Assembly: GCA_965217035.1 (NCBI GenBank) | Contig: OZ244226.1 | Span: 2,958,146 to 3,022,145 of the forward strand | From: Bacteriovoracaceae bacterium | Lineage (GTDB): Bacteria > Bdellovibrionota > Bacteriovoracia > Bacteriovoracales > Bacteriovoracaceae | Direction: 5' to 3' | Length of the DNA: 64,000 nt | Shown: in pieces, positions 20,617 through 30,492 of the stretch | Layout: each line of letters opens with the position of its first letter | Position numbering within the stretch: position 1 is the stretch's first letter | The notes under the pieces: generated by a model | Told to the model about the DNA's origin: nothing | What the model saw: the letters and a program-made list of their open reading frames with translations, nothing else | The model's database searches: none | Translations under genes and position numbers: made by a program

Positions 20617-23169
20617 ATGGCAAAAGGAACTAATCTCGTTATCGTTGAGTCCCCAACTAAGGCCAAAACAATCAAAAAATTTCTTCCCAAAGACTTTGTG
20701 GTTCATGCCAGCATGGGACATATTAGAGATTTACCTCAATCAGCAACGGATATTCCGAAAGAATTGAAAAAAGAAGCTTGGGCGAAGCTTGGGGTGAATG
20801 TAGAAAAAGACTTTGAGCCTCTTTATGTCGTTCCAAAAGGAAAATCGAAAGTCGTACGGGAAATCAAAAAACTTATCAAAGACGCTGACACACTCTATCT
20901 CGCAACCGATGAAGACCGTGAAGGGGAGAGTATTTCGTGGCATTTATTGGAACTCTTAAAACCTAAAACGCCAGTTAAGCGAATGGTTTTTCACGAGATT
21001 ACAAAAAAAGCGATTGAGAACTCGTTAAACGAGGTTCGAGAAGTTGATCTTAAGCTTGTTCGAGCTCAAGAAACACGAAGAATTCTTGATAGACTTTATG
21101 GATACACACTTTCTCCTTTAATTTGGAAAAAAATTGCTTATGGACTTTCTGCGGGACGAGTTCAGTCGACAGGATTGAAGATGATCGTAGAAAGGGAACG
21201 AGAAAGAATGATTTTTGTTTCTGCAGAATATTGGTCATTAAAAAGTTTTCTTGATGCTAAGGGAAAAGAATTCGAAGCAAGATTAACACATGTTTCTGGT
21301 AAAAGGGTTGCTATCGGAAAAGACTTTGAGCAAACAACTGGAAAGCTACTTGCTTCTAAGAAAGATGATGTTTATTTAATTGAAAAGAAACAAGCTGAAG
21401 AAATTCAAGAGAAACTGAAATCAGGTGAATACAACGTTGAAAGTGTTGAAGAAAAAGATACTTATCAAAATCCGGCGATTCCATTTATTACATCTTCACT
21501 TCAGCAGGAAGGAAACCGTAAGTTAGGTCTCTCTGCTCGAGAGACAATGAGAATTGCTCAAAGACTTTATGAAAACGGTCTTATCACTTATATGAGAACG
21601 GATTCGCCAAACCTTTCAAGCGAAGCGATTAATGCTGCTAGGGAGAGTATCGAAAAACTTTATGGAAAAGAGTTTTTAAGCAAAGAACCTAGACAATACA
21701 AGGCAAAATCAAAAGGAGCTCAAGAAGCTCACGAAGCAATTCGACCAGCAGGTGGAGAGTTCAAGCATCCTGATGAAATTGGAATGACGGGAAAAGAGAA
21801 GGCTCTTTACGAACTGATTTGGAAAAGAACGATGGCCACTCAGATGGAGCGTGCTCATAAACGTGCGATGACAATTAAAATTTCTCATGGTGATTATACG
21901 TTTACGGCCAATGGTTCTCGAATTGTTTTCCCTGGTTTCTTAAGAGCCTATGTTGAAGGGTCTGATGATCCAGATACAGCACTTGATGGAAAAGACGTTA
22001 TTCTTCCTGAGATGAAATCAGGAGATAAGCTTAAGGCCAATAAAGTTGAACCAAGTGAACATGAAACAAAACCACCGGCACGATTTACGGAAGCAAGCTT
22101 AGTTCAACGTCTAGAGAAAGAAGGAATTGGTCGTCCATCGACTTATGCCTCGATTATTGGGACGGTTCAGGAAAGAGGTTATGTCCGTAAAGAAGGATCC
22201 GCGATGATCCCGACCTTTACTGGGATTGCAGTCGTCCAGTTTCTTGAAGATCATTTTTCTGGTTTTGTGGATTATGGATTTACTTCAGAGATGGAGAAAT
22301 CTCTGGATGAGATCGCAGAAGGCAAGGAAGATTGGCTTAAGTACCTTAAAGGCTTCTACTTAGGAACAAAAGGTCTTCAAAAGCAAGTTGAGAAAAACGA
22401 AAAGGCTATCAAGCCTGAGGAGTCACGAACCGTAAGACTTCCTCAGGTTAAAGATATTATCGATATTAAGGTTGGAAGGTATGGACCTTATATTGTTCAG
22501 AAGAAAGGAAAAGAAGAAGTTCATGCTTCGATTCCTGAGGATATTGCACCCGCTGATTTAAAGCCGGATGATATTGATGAACTCGTTGAGCTTTCTAAGC
22601 GTGGACCTGAACCTTTAGGAGTTCATCCAGACTTTAAAGAAAATGTTTATTGCTTGGTTGGTCGGTATGGTGCTTATCTACAGCTTGGCGAAGTCACAGA
22701 AGAAAACCCTAAGCCTCGAAGAGCAAGCCTTATCCCTCCGTGGAATCCGAAAAATATTACTTTGGAAGCTGCCATTGAGCTTTTAAAACTTCCAAGAGAC
22801 CTTGGAAACCATCCAGAAACAGATAAGCCGGTTAAAGCAAGTGTTGGAAGATTTGGTCCTTATATTGTTCACGATGGGGATTACCGATCGCTTAAGAAAG
22901 ATAAAGACGATGTTCATGAGATCACGTTAAAAAGGGCCCTTGAGATTCTTGCAGAGCCAAAAGTTTCTTCTCGAGGAGCAAAACTTTATAAAGAGTTTGG
23001 ACGTCATCCTGAGACGAATAAGAAATGCTCTGTCTATGATGGGAAATACGGACTTTTTATTAAGTATGGAACAAAGAACGTTGGGATCCCAGATGATAAG
23101 AGAAAAGAAGATATTATCGATAAGTGGGAGCTTAAAGATGTCGTGGAAGTGATTGATGCAGCGAAGTAG
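20617..23169 (+). CDS. topA: DNA topoisomerase I with C-terminal repeat domains
   Basis: LVIVESPTKAK, ATDEDREGE, SAGRVQS, ITYMRTDS, AQEAHEAIRP, repeated GRYGPY motifs; ATG 20617 with AAGGA RBS. Confidence 0.97.
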   Translation: MAKGTNLVIVESPTKAKTIKKFLPKDFVVHASMGHIRDLPQSATDIPKELKKEAWAKLGVNVEKDFEPLYVVPKGKSKVVREIKKLIKDADTLYLATDEDREGESISWHLLELLKPKTPVKRMVFHEITKKAIENSLNEVREVDLKLVRAQETRRILDRLYGYTLSPLIWKKIAYGLSAGRVQSTGLKMIVERERERMIFVSAEYWSLKSFLDAKGKEFEARLTHVSGKRVAIGKDFEQTTGKLLASKKDDVYLIEKKQAEEIQEKLKSGEYNVESVEEKDTYQNPAIPFITSSLQQEGNRKLGLSARETMRIAQRLYENGLITYMRTDSPNLSSEAINAARESIEKLYGKEFLSKEPRQYKAKSKGAQEAHEAIRPAGGEFKHPDEIGMTGKEKALYELIWKRTMATQMERAHKRAMTIKISHGDYTFTANGSRIVFPGFLRAYVEGSDDPDTALDGKDVILPEMKSGDKLKANKVEPSEHETKPPARFTEASLVQRLEKEGIGRPSTYASIIGTVQERGYVRKEGSAMIPTFTGIAVVQFLEDHFSGFVDYGFTSEMEKSLDEIAEGKEDWLKYLKGFYLGTKGLQKQVEKNEKAIKPEESRTVRLPQVKDIIDIKVGRYGPYIVQKKGKEEVHASIPEDIAPADLKPDDIDELVELSKRGPEPLGVHPDFKENVYCLVGRYGAYLQLGEVTEENPKPRRASLIPPWNPKNITLEAAIELLKLPRDLGNHPETDKPVKASVGRFGPYIVHDGDYRSLKKDKDDVHEITLKRALEILAEPKVSSRGAKLYKEFGRHPETNKKCSVYDGKYGLFIKYGTKNVGIPDDKRKEDIIDKWELKDVVEVIDAAK

Positions 23170-23249
23170 GGGTTGACGGAGGGAGTCGTTTAGACTAATC
23201 TCACTTCACTTGAAACCATAATTTGAATAATCAAATAAAGAAGGTAGTT

Positions 23250-23498
23250 ATGAAAAAAGATATTCATCCAGATTATAGAGACGTTGTTTTTCAAGATGTT
23301 TCTGCAGATTTTACAGTTCTTACAAAGTCTACAATTAAAACAAATGATACTATCGAGTTTGAAGGGCAAACTTACCCTTTATACAAAGTTGATATCTCTT
23401 CTGCTTCGCACCCATTCTATACAGGGACTCAAAAAGTTCTTGATACTGAAGGAAGAGTGGAAAGATTCAAGAAAAAATACTCAAGAAAAAGAAAATAA
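23250..23498 (+). CDS. rpmE: 50S ribosomal protein L31, type B (Cys-free)
   Basis: [16 protein letters not shown]...[18 protein letters not shown]. Confidence 0.95.
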   Translation: MKKDIHPDYRDVVFQDVSADFTVLTKSTIKTNDTIEFEGQTYPLYKVDISSASHPFYTGTQKVLDTEGRVERFKKKYSRKRK

Positions 23499-23522
23499 TT
23501 TTAGATTACAGATATTTGAAGA

Positions 23523-23550
23523 GGGCCTCTGCTATGCAGGGGCTTTTTTT
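23523..23550 (+). terminator. Intrinsic terminator after rpmE
   Basis: GC-rich hairpin gggcctctgc-tat-gcaggggctt followed by a T run. Confidence 0.7.
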
Positions 23551-23563
23551 ATTGTTTAATGGA

Positions 23564-24850
23564 TTAGGCTGCAAATTTATTGTCTGGCCAAAAGTCTCGA
23601 GCCTCTTCTAAAAGCCGTTCAACCTTATCGCCCATATTTTGCTCATTGAGGCAGTCGATAAGGATTTGGAAACATTCAGGAGTTCTCGATTCACTTCTGA
23701 AAATTTCAAGACCGCTTTGAACTCTCATATTATCATTGAGTTGGTCAAACTCAGCATAAAAAACTGATATTTTATAATCATCTGATTTCATATCATCAAC
23801 ATCAAACTTTTTGAGGAATTTTCGCGCTTCTTCATATTCTCTAATTTGATAGAGCTCTGTGATAATAGATCGAAGATATCGAGGAGACCTTTGAGAAATG
23901 GTGGAAAGCCATTGGAAATGTTCAATTCCTCTAGCGAGTTCGTCTTCCGAAATCATAAACTTGGCGGTCACAAAAAGACCTGCACAGAGAAAATTGGTAA
24001 GCGACTCTTCTCTGGTTTCTATTTCTTTGTAAATTAGAAAAAATTCTTCCATATCTTCAAAACTCGATGTTTCTACACAGAGACGGATTACATTACAAAG
24101 CCTTTCCTGATTAGAAGGAAAGTATCTTGTAATATTTTTAGCGACGCTATAAGCGTCTTCTATCCGATTATTCTCTTTATAAAGATCAAAAAGACCTAAT
24201 AAACATTTAAAATGAATTTTATTATAAGAAAGACCTTTATTATAATCTTCTTCAGCTTCTTCTATCTCGTTGAGGCAATACATCGCTTGTCCGTGATAAA
24301 AAAGTGCTAGTGATGGCTTCTTTGCGCACGATATGGCAGCTTTAAACTCATCTCGAGCTTGTTCGAATTTTCCTTCAAACAGATATTTTTTCCCTGATTC
24401 AATATACTTCAGGTATTCGGAAGGAAAGTTTTTTTCAAGAATTGCAACTGATAATATTCTTTGAAGAGTGTCAACGTTATAAGGTTTAAGAATATAAGAA
24501 TCGATATCTCCCTCTGCTGCCTTGGCAACAACTGTTTGACTGGCATTAGAAGTAATTAAAGTAAGAACGACTTTTTTCTGCTCAGGATATTTCTTTTTAA
24601 TGTCCTGGAAGAAAACAAAACCTGAAGACCCACCAATATAATAATCAGAAATAACGAGCTGGGGTTTTTTTTCTTCGAAAACTTCCATTGCTTCGTCGTA
24701 ATGATTAACAGCATGGATTTGATTTCTTTGAGCACCGAGATCAACTAGGACCTTGATTAAGCTCCTTTTTGTGGAAGCACTTTTATCGACGATGAGAATA
24801 TCATTCTCACTCAAAAAGCTTTCTAATTGTTTTTGCTTCTCTTCGGTCAT
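23564..24850 (-). CDS. Response regulator receiver domain + TPR protein
   Basis: ILIVDKS, VISDYY, LITSNAS, YILKPY receiver motifs, then TPR-like helices. Confidence 0.85.
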   Translation of the reverse strand: MTEEKQKQLESFLSENDILIVDKSASTKRSLIKVLVDLGAQRNQIHAVNHYDEAMEVFEEKKPQLVISDYYIGGSSGFVFFQDIKKKYPEQKKVVLTLITSNASQTVVAKAAEGDIDSYILKPYNVDTLQRILSVAILEKNFPSEYLKYIESGKKYLFEGKFEQARDEFKAAISCAKKPSLALFYHGQAMYCLNEIEEAEEDYNKGLSYNKIHFKCLLGLFDLYKENNRIEDAYSVAKNITRYFPSNQERLCNVIRLCVETSSFEDMEEFFLIYKEIETREESLTNFLCAGLFVTAKFMISEDELARGIEHFQWLSTISQRSPRYLRSIITELYQIREYEEARKFLKKFDVDDMKSDDYKISVFYAEFDQLNDNMRVQSGLEIFRSESRTPECFQILIDCLNEQNMGDKVERLLEEARDFWPDNKFAA

Positions 24851-24854
24851 TCCT

Positions 24855-26771
24855 CTATTGCCCTTTTGCCAATTTCATAAATGTATTGATGTGGCTTTGC
24901 CTTTGAGCATAAATATCAATAAATTGATTTCTTTCAACTTCATAGTCTTTATCAAATTTTAGATAATAGGTGGCATCTCCATTAGTATTAGGAGTGAATC
25001 CCTCTATTTTTCCTAACATTTTGAATTTATAACTTTGAGAATTATACTTCACATCAATAAAGACAGTGATATTATCAATCTCTTCAACGTCAAACTGATA
25101 GGCCATGACGCAAAACTCTTCTTCATTCCATTCAACAAGTGTTCCCTCCACCGTTTTTACAAGATTTTCAACTTGATAAGAAAGGCTAATATGAACATAG
25201 GGAGCTTCAGTCATTTCTTCAAAATTATTTCGAGTTGTTTTCTTTTTTTGCATCTGAGAAAATATTACATCAGTCAGATTATCATCCTCTTCTGCTTGTT
25301 CTTCAGTCTCTGCTGTGCTTTCTTTGTCTTGATATTGTGAGCGATAAATTTGATCTGTTGACCCTTTACCTTTTAATTGATTCTCTTTTTTCTCCGTTTG
25401 TGCTTTACCTTCTAAATCCTCATCCAAGTTGTCTGTAGAGTTTTTACCTTCAAGATGATTTCCAAGATCGTCAGTCGATGCTTTTCCTTGAAGATTACCA
25501 CCGAGGTCATCAGTCGATGCTTTTCCTTGAAGATTACCACCGAGGTCATCAGTCGATGCTTTTCCTTGAAGATTACCACCGAGGTCGTCAGTCGATGCTT
25601 GTCCTTGAAGATTACCACCGAGGTCGTCAGTAGAAGCTTCTCCTTGCATATTTCCAGAACCTAAATCATCTGTTGAAGAAGATCCTTCCATATGGCTTGA
25701 CCCAAGATCATCAGTTGATGAGTTTCCTTGAAGATTTCCATTATTAATATGCTCTGTGCTTCCAGTGCCTTCAAGATCTCTGAGATTTTCTGGTGAGTTA
25801 CCGTCGACTTCTTCTTCTTTTTTTAATTGATTTGTCTCAGGGCTATGTTCAAACTGATGAGCATTCTTTTTAAGTTCGAAATAAACTCCTAGTTTTCTAT
25901 TAGCAAGCATCGAAGTATTTGCAATGAATTGTCCCGTCTCATCAAAGTTAAATCGAACGATTTTTTGGTTTTCTTTTTTGAAATAGAGTTTTGGAGATTG
26001 TCCTGTAAATATCCATTCTCCATTATCCCAATCAAATTCAGGCTTTGATCCTTCATAAAACCATTCACCAATCGTTTCTTGGTTTTCATAAACATCTGAT
26101 CGGACTTTATTTGTTGCAAAAACAAGAGAGTAGAGTTGGTCGCCCGAGTCTAATCTTCTATTTTCTTTCCAATAAACGGCACCTTGGCACGGTCCAACCA
26201 AACGGATCATAATAGAACGGAGAACTCTTTTGCATAAATTTCCACGGCTGTTTAGCCAAATATCTTCATTAATATCGAGTGCTGGAATATTTTTAAAGTC
26301 GAAGCCAGAAGCTCTTACTTTTTCAGAACTTGTTTTCTGAGAATTTTTTACAGTCATCTCTGTTTGTTGGATCTGCTTTATCTGGTTGATAAGAGATTTT
26401 GACCAAAAATCAATTTTGAATTTTAAAGATCTTTCATTAATGTCGTGATTAAGAAATTCACGACATCCAAGTTTAGAAATGGCCTTTTCAACTTTTTTAT
26501 TTTCTAAATCAAGAAAACAAGCAGTCTTAATGAGACCTGTTCGGGTTTGTTTAAAGTGATCTTTTAGAACCTTTAAGGATCTGGTCAGGCTGTCACGATC
26601 ACTAACTCTAAAGATGAGTATTGCAGAACCTTGAATGTTGTCCAATGTATCCGTTTCATCTTTGCTAACATGAACGCATTCAAACAATTCATCTGATTGG
26701 TAATGCTCTGTGATTTTTTTCAACTCAGGATGAGATGTTTCATCAACCATGAAAAAAATCAACTTTATCAT
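24855..26771 (-). CDS. Hypothetical protein: atypical receiver-like N-terminus, 13-aa repeats, PilZ-like C-terminus
   Basis: 638 aa ORF; STDDLGGNLQGKA repeats seen directly; domain calls inferred from sequence pattern. Confidence 0.6.
   Translation of the reverse strand: MIKLIFFMVDETSHPELKKITEHYQSDELFECVHVSKDETDTLDNIQGSAILIFRVSDRDSLTRSLKVLKDHFKQTRTGLIKTACFLDLENKKVEKAISKLGCREFLNHDINERSLKFKIDFWSKSLINQIKQIQQTEMTVKNSQKTSSEKVRASGFDFKNIPALDINEDIWLNSRGNLCKRVLRSIMIRLVGPCQGAVYWKENRRLDSGDQLYSLVFATNKVRSDVYENQETIGEWFYEGSKPEFDWDNGEWIFTGQSPKLYFKKENQKIVRFNFDETGQFIANTSMLANRKLGVYFELKKNAHQFEHSPETNQLKKEEEVDGNSPENLRDLEGTGSTEHINNGNLQGNSSTDDLGSSHMEGSSSTDDLGSGNMQGEASTDDLGGNLQGQASTDDLGGNLQGKASTDDLGGNLQGKASTDDLGGNLQGKASTDDLGNHLEGKNSTDNLDEDLEGKAQTEKKENQLKGKGSTDQIYRSQYQDKESTAETEEQAEEDDNLTDVIFSQMQKKKTTRNNFEEMTEAPYVHISLSYQVENLVKTVEGTLVEWNEEEFCVMAYQFDVEEIDNITVFIDVKYNSQSYKFKMLGKIEGFTPNTNGDATYYLKFDKDYEVERNQFIDIYAQRQSHINTFMKLAKGQ
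25471..25626. repeat. Four near-perfect 39-bp tandem repeats (in-frame, coding)
   Basis: Unit tcagtcgatgcttttccttgaagattaccaccgaggtc(a/g) at 25471, 25510, 25549, 25588; degenerate copies on both sides. Confidence 0.95.
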
Positions 26772-26811
26772 AAAACCGCCACTCCTTTTTATAGGGAAGT
26801 TCCAATCTAAC

Positions 26812-26838
26812 TTATCGAATTTTTAAGAACTTTCTTGA
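26812..26838 (-). promoter_or_regulatory. Sigma28 (FliA)-like promoter
   Basis: Minus strand TCAA-N15-TTCGATAA versus consensus TAAA-N15-GCCGATAA, upstream of the 26771 start. Confidence 0.45.
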
Positions 26839-26857
26839 AAGAATTATAAATATTTCC

Positions 26858-27003
26858 AAGTACCTGAGCTGTACAGGCGGTGTTGAGAATATTTAGTAGA
26901 AATAAGTGAGGGTAGATCAATGAAATACGATTAATATAGTTTTGAGATCGCTTCAGGACAAAAGAGAATGAGCTTCAATAGGCGACGGGAATACTCAGGT
27001 ATC
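26858..27003 (+). ncRNA. Candidate 6S-like RNA (long irregular hairpin with central bubble)
   Basis: Closing stem GTACCTGAG/CTCAGGTAT, nested helices TGTTGA/TCAATA and TGAGG..GATC/GATC.CTTCA; upstream TTTAAG-N17-TATAAA. Confidence 0.35.
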
Positions 27004-27258
27004 TCTGACGTGAATTGTTTTTTGATAGACAAAACAATGGATAAGATAAGGGTAAAGACCAATGTTTATCTCAATCAATAAAGTTGTTGAAAATTTTCAG
27101 CATGCTTACTTTCGCTAAATCATAAAAATAAATAATTGTTATTTTTTTTAAATTGACCTTATATATGCGGAGCATAATTCCCATTGCCCATAATTCGAGA
27201 AGGCCTTAAAATGGGTATACGCGTTTTTGAACGTAAAAATATCAAAAAAAGGATCCTC

Positions 27259-29409
27259 ATGAGAAATTTTAAGGCAATGATAAAACTGCTCTTGATCTCA
27301 GCAATGATTACTGTTCCAGCCTTTGGATTTAAACTTTTAAATTCGACCAAGAAAAAAGAATCTCCTTATTCAACTCGAGAGATGATTCTTGGGGGAATTT
27401 TAAAAGGTGCTCTTGAGAATATGCACTTCACAAAAGCAAAGATTAATAATGATCTTTCTTCTAAGGCCTTTAAAGAATTCATTGAAAAACTAGATTATGG
27501 AAAACAATTTCTTCTTCAAAAAGATGTTTCTCAACTTGGCAACTTTGAATTGAAAATCGACGATGAAATTGCTTCAGGAAACTTAAATCTTTTAGAGCAA
27601 GCATTTGCGATATTAAAGAAGAGACAAAATTATGTCGAAAAAATTGTTTTTGCGCGATTAAAAAAGCCCTTTGATCTTAAAAAAAGTCGTACTCTTCAAA
27701 CTGATCCTGAAAAAAGAAAATTTTCTAAAAGTTTAAAAGATCTTGATAAGCTTTGGGATAATCTTCTTGCTTATGAAGTTTTAAATCGTTATGCAGATTA
27801 TCTAGATGAACAAAACGGAGAATCAAAAGACGATAAAAGTAAGAAAAAAACGAAGAAAGATAAAAAAAAGAAGAAAGAAAAAAAACTTTCTCATAAAGAA
27901 CTAGAGAAAAAAGCCAGAGATGCTGTTGTTAAAAGTTATACTCGCTTGTTTAAACGTCTTAAGAAAGAAAGAAGAGGTGATAAACTTGATAAATTCTTTA
28001 ACTCTGTCGCCAAGGTATATGATCCTCATACTCATTATTTAGTTCCTGAAGATAAAGAAGACTTTGATATTGATATGAGTGGAAAACTCGAAGGAATTGG
28101 CGCACTTCTTAGAGAAGAAGGTTCTTATATTAAAGTAGAAAAAATTATTCCAGGTTCTGCTTCATGGAGAGGAAAGCAATTAGAAGCAGGTGATATTATT
28201 CTTAAAGTTGGACAGGGAGAAAAAGAAGCTGTTGATGTCGTTGATATGGGACTTCGAGATGCAGTTAAATTGATTCGAGGGAAAAAGGGAAGTGAAGTTC
28301 GGTTAACAGTTAAAAAAGCTTCTGGTCTATCTAAGGTTATTCCAATTATCAGAGATGTTGTGCAGATAGAAGAGTCTTATGTGAAGTCATCAGTTCTTCA
28401 ATTAAAGGGTGATAAAAGAAAGTATGGTTATATCCATGTCCCTAAATTTTACAGAGATTTTAGTGATAGATTTGGAAGAAACTGCACAGATGATACAAGA
28501 AATGCTCTTAAGAAAATAAAGAAAAAAGGGGTTGATGGAGTTATTCTCGATCTTAGAAATAATGGTGGAGGAGCACTCAAAGATGCTCAATATATTTCTG
28601 GTCTTTTTATTAAAGAAGGACCAATCGTTCAGGTTAAGGCCCATACAGGATCAGTAGAAATCCTCAAAGACACAGATACTTCCGTAGAGTTTGAAAAACC
28701 GGTTATCGTTCTTATTAACCGTTTCTCAGCCTCAGCTTCTGAGATCGTGGCCGCAGCTTTGCAGGATTATGGACGAGCGATCATTGTTGGGGGAGAGCAT
28801 TCGCATGGTAAGGGAACTGTTCAAGCCGTTCTTGATTTAGATGGTTATGTTCCACCTCTTGCGAAAGCTTATAGTCCTTTTGGAGCATTAAAAATCACAA
28901 TTCAAAAGTTTTATCGAGTTACCGGAGGATCAACACAATATAAAGGAGTTACTCCTGATATTGTTCTTCCTGACCCATTTGGGCACATGGAAACCGGAGA
29001 GAGATATCTTGATTATTCATTACCTTGGGCGAAAGTAGACGCTGTTAAATTTAGTCCTTGGAAAAAGTATTCATATGATATTTCAAAGTTGAAAAAGAAA
29101 TCAGAGAAAAGGATCTCTAAAAACCAAAATTTTTCCAAGATCACAGATAGCGTAAAGTGGTATAAAAGTCGTAAAGAGCAGTCTGAAAAGAAAATTGATC
29201 TTAATAACTTTTTAGCTGAACGAAAAAAACTTAAGAACGAAGCCAAGAAGTTCGAAATAAAAGACCCTAATAAAGGGCTTCTTGTTCAAGAAACAGACAA
29301 GCTAAAAAGAAAAGAAGATAGGGAGCGCTTTAAGGAGTTCTCTGAAGGTCTTCAGAAGGACCCTTATATTGTCGAAAGTATCAATATTCTTAACGATATC
29401 TTGTCTTAA
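27259..29409 (+). CDS. prc: Carboxy-terminal processing protease (S41, Prc/Tsp)
   Basis: DPHTHY, PDZ (GIGALL), DLRNNGGG, SASASEIVA, GKGTVQ, GVTPDI. Confidence 0.93.
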   Translation: MRNFKAMIKLLLISAMITVPAFGFKLLNSTKKKESPYSTREMILGGILKGALENMHFTKAKINNDLSSKAFKEFIEKLDYGKQFLLQKDVSQLGNFELKIDDEIASGNLNLLEQAFAILKKRQNYVEKIVFARLKKPFDLKKSRTLQTDPEKRKFSKSLKDLDKLWDNLLAYEVLNRYADYLDEQNGESKDDKSKKKTKKDKKKKKEKKLSHKELEKKARDAVVKSYTRLFKRLKKERRGDKLDKFFNSVAKVYDPHTHYLVPEDKEDFDIDMSGKLEGIGALLREEGSYIKVEKIIPGSASWRGKQLEAGDIILKVGQGEKEAVDVVDMGLRDAVKLIRGKKGSEVRLTVKKASGLSKVIPIIRDVVQIEESYVKSSVLQLKGDKRKYGYIHVPKFYRDFSDRFGRNCTDDTRNALKKIKKKGVDGVILDLRNNGGGALKDAQYISGLFIKEGPIVQVKAHTGSVEILKDTDTSVEFEKPVIVLINRFSASASEIVAAALQDYGRAIIVGGEHSHGKGTVQAVLDLDGYVPPLAKAYSPFGALKITIQKFYRVTGGSTQYKGVTPDIVLPDPFGHMETGERYLDYSLPWAKVDAVKFSPWKKYSYDISKLKKKSEKRISKNQNFSKITDSVKWYKSRKEQSEKKIDLNNFLAERKKLKNEAKKFEIKDPNKGLLVQETDKLKRKEDRERFKEFSEGLQKDPYIVESINILNDILS

Positions 29410-29435
29410 TCATCTCAATAAATTTATTAAATTCT

Positions 29436-29464
29436 GGAAAGCGGGACTACTAAACCCGCTTTCC
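29436..29464. terminator. Hairpin downstream of prc
   Basis: GGAAAGCGGG-actactaaa-CCCGCTTTCC 10-bp stem; weak U-tract. Confidence 0.55.
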
Positions 29465-29509
29465 CTATGTTACGCTCTAAACTTCAAATATTGCTAGAGG
29501 TGATACTTT

Positions 29510-30313
29510 ATGAGTGAAGAAAGAACGTTAACTGTTGAACAAAAACACGCTTTTTATGAAGAAGCTGTCCAGAATCCTGAAGGAGAAGTTGAGACGCTTC
29601 GAGATCTTTATAAAAAGTTAAAAGACGGTAGAACAGCAAAAGTTCTCAGAGAAGATTTCTGTGGAACTGGGGCCATCATGTGTAATTGGGTGAAGCAGGG
29701 GCCTGAATTTCGATCTTTTGGAATAGACTTGGATCCTGAGCCTGTTGAATACGGAAAAAAACGTCATCATTCAAGACTTACTAAAGATGAGCAGTCTCGA
29801 GTTGAATATATTATGGGAGATGTCTTTGATACGAAGACAGAAAAAGCCGATATTATAGCTGCTCTAAATTTCTCATATTTTATTTTTAAGAAAAGAAAGC
29901 AACTCCTTGCTTACTTCAGCATGGCAAAAGATGCTTTACAAGATGATGGTATTTTTGTTTTAGACTTATTTGGTGGTCCTGAAAGTATGATGCCTCTAGA
30001 AGAGAGCACGAAGTTTAATGGTTTTAAATACTACTGGGATTGCGATAAATTCAATCCTATTACTCACGAAACGCTTTACCACATTCATTTCAAACCTAAA
30101 GGTGGAAAGAAATATAAAAAAGTTTTCACTTACGATTGGCGAATGTGGGGATTTGCTGAGCTTCGAGAAATTCTAGAGGACGTGGGCTTCTCCAAATCTC
30201 TTGCCTTTTGGGAAGGTGATGATGAAGATGGTGGTGGGAATGGAGAGTTCTTTCCGACGGAAGAAATTGATAACTGTGAGGGGTGGGTTGGCTATATCGT
30301 CGCCTTTAAGTAG
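29510..30313 (+). CDS. Class I SAM-dependent methyltransferase
   Basis: LREDFCGTG, GIDLD, GDV, ALNFSY, GIFVLDLFGG. Confidence 0.85.
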   Translation: MSEERTLTVEQKHAFYEEAVQNPEGEVETLRDLYKKLKDGRTAKVLREDFCGTGAIMCNWVKQGPEFRSFGIDLDPEPVEYGKKRHHSRLTKDEQSRVEYIMGDVFDTKTEKADIIAALNFSYFIFKKRKQLLAYFSMAKDALQDDGIFVLDLFGGPESMMPLEESTKFNGFKYYWDCDKFNPITHETLYHIHFKPKGGKKYKKVFTYDWRMWGFAELREILEDVGFSKSLAFWEGDDEDGGGNGEFFPTEEIDNCEGWVGYIVAFK

Positions 30314-30438
30314 AGTTTGTTGTTAAATTCTTCTTATAGTGCGTCATGCTGCAGACTCGCAGCTTGCGACTTAGAGGAACTAAGCCTCAGCTTCTCGCTT
30401 TGCATTTCTTCTCTAAGAGAAATTTTCCTGACAAACTT
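30311..30438. repeat. Palindromic miniature element (ERIC/RPE/MITE-like)
   Basis: Imperfect ~26-bp terminal inverted repeats (agtttgttgttaaattcttcttatag / ctctaagagaaattttcctgacaaact) with internal GC-rich hairpins. Confidence 0.55.
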
Positions 30439-30492
30439 GTTCTTTGAATAAAGAAAAATTTCCCAGTGAATTACGATTTGTGATAGGTTCCC

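Noticed and set aside
25471..25626. 39-bp repeats as a CRISPR array
   Set aside because: Units are contiguous with no unique spacers, in-frame within a CDS, and no cas genes are present
25412..25664. Short repetitive ORFs in other frames or strand (25412-25618, 25455-25664)
   Set aside because: By-products of the coding tandem repeat
27820..27900. A-rich low-complexity tract as a phase-variation site
   Set aside because: Encodes an in-frame Lys-rich linker in prc; the ORF is intact
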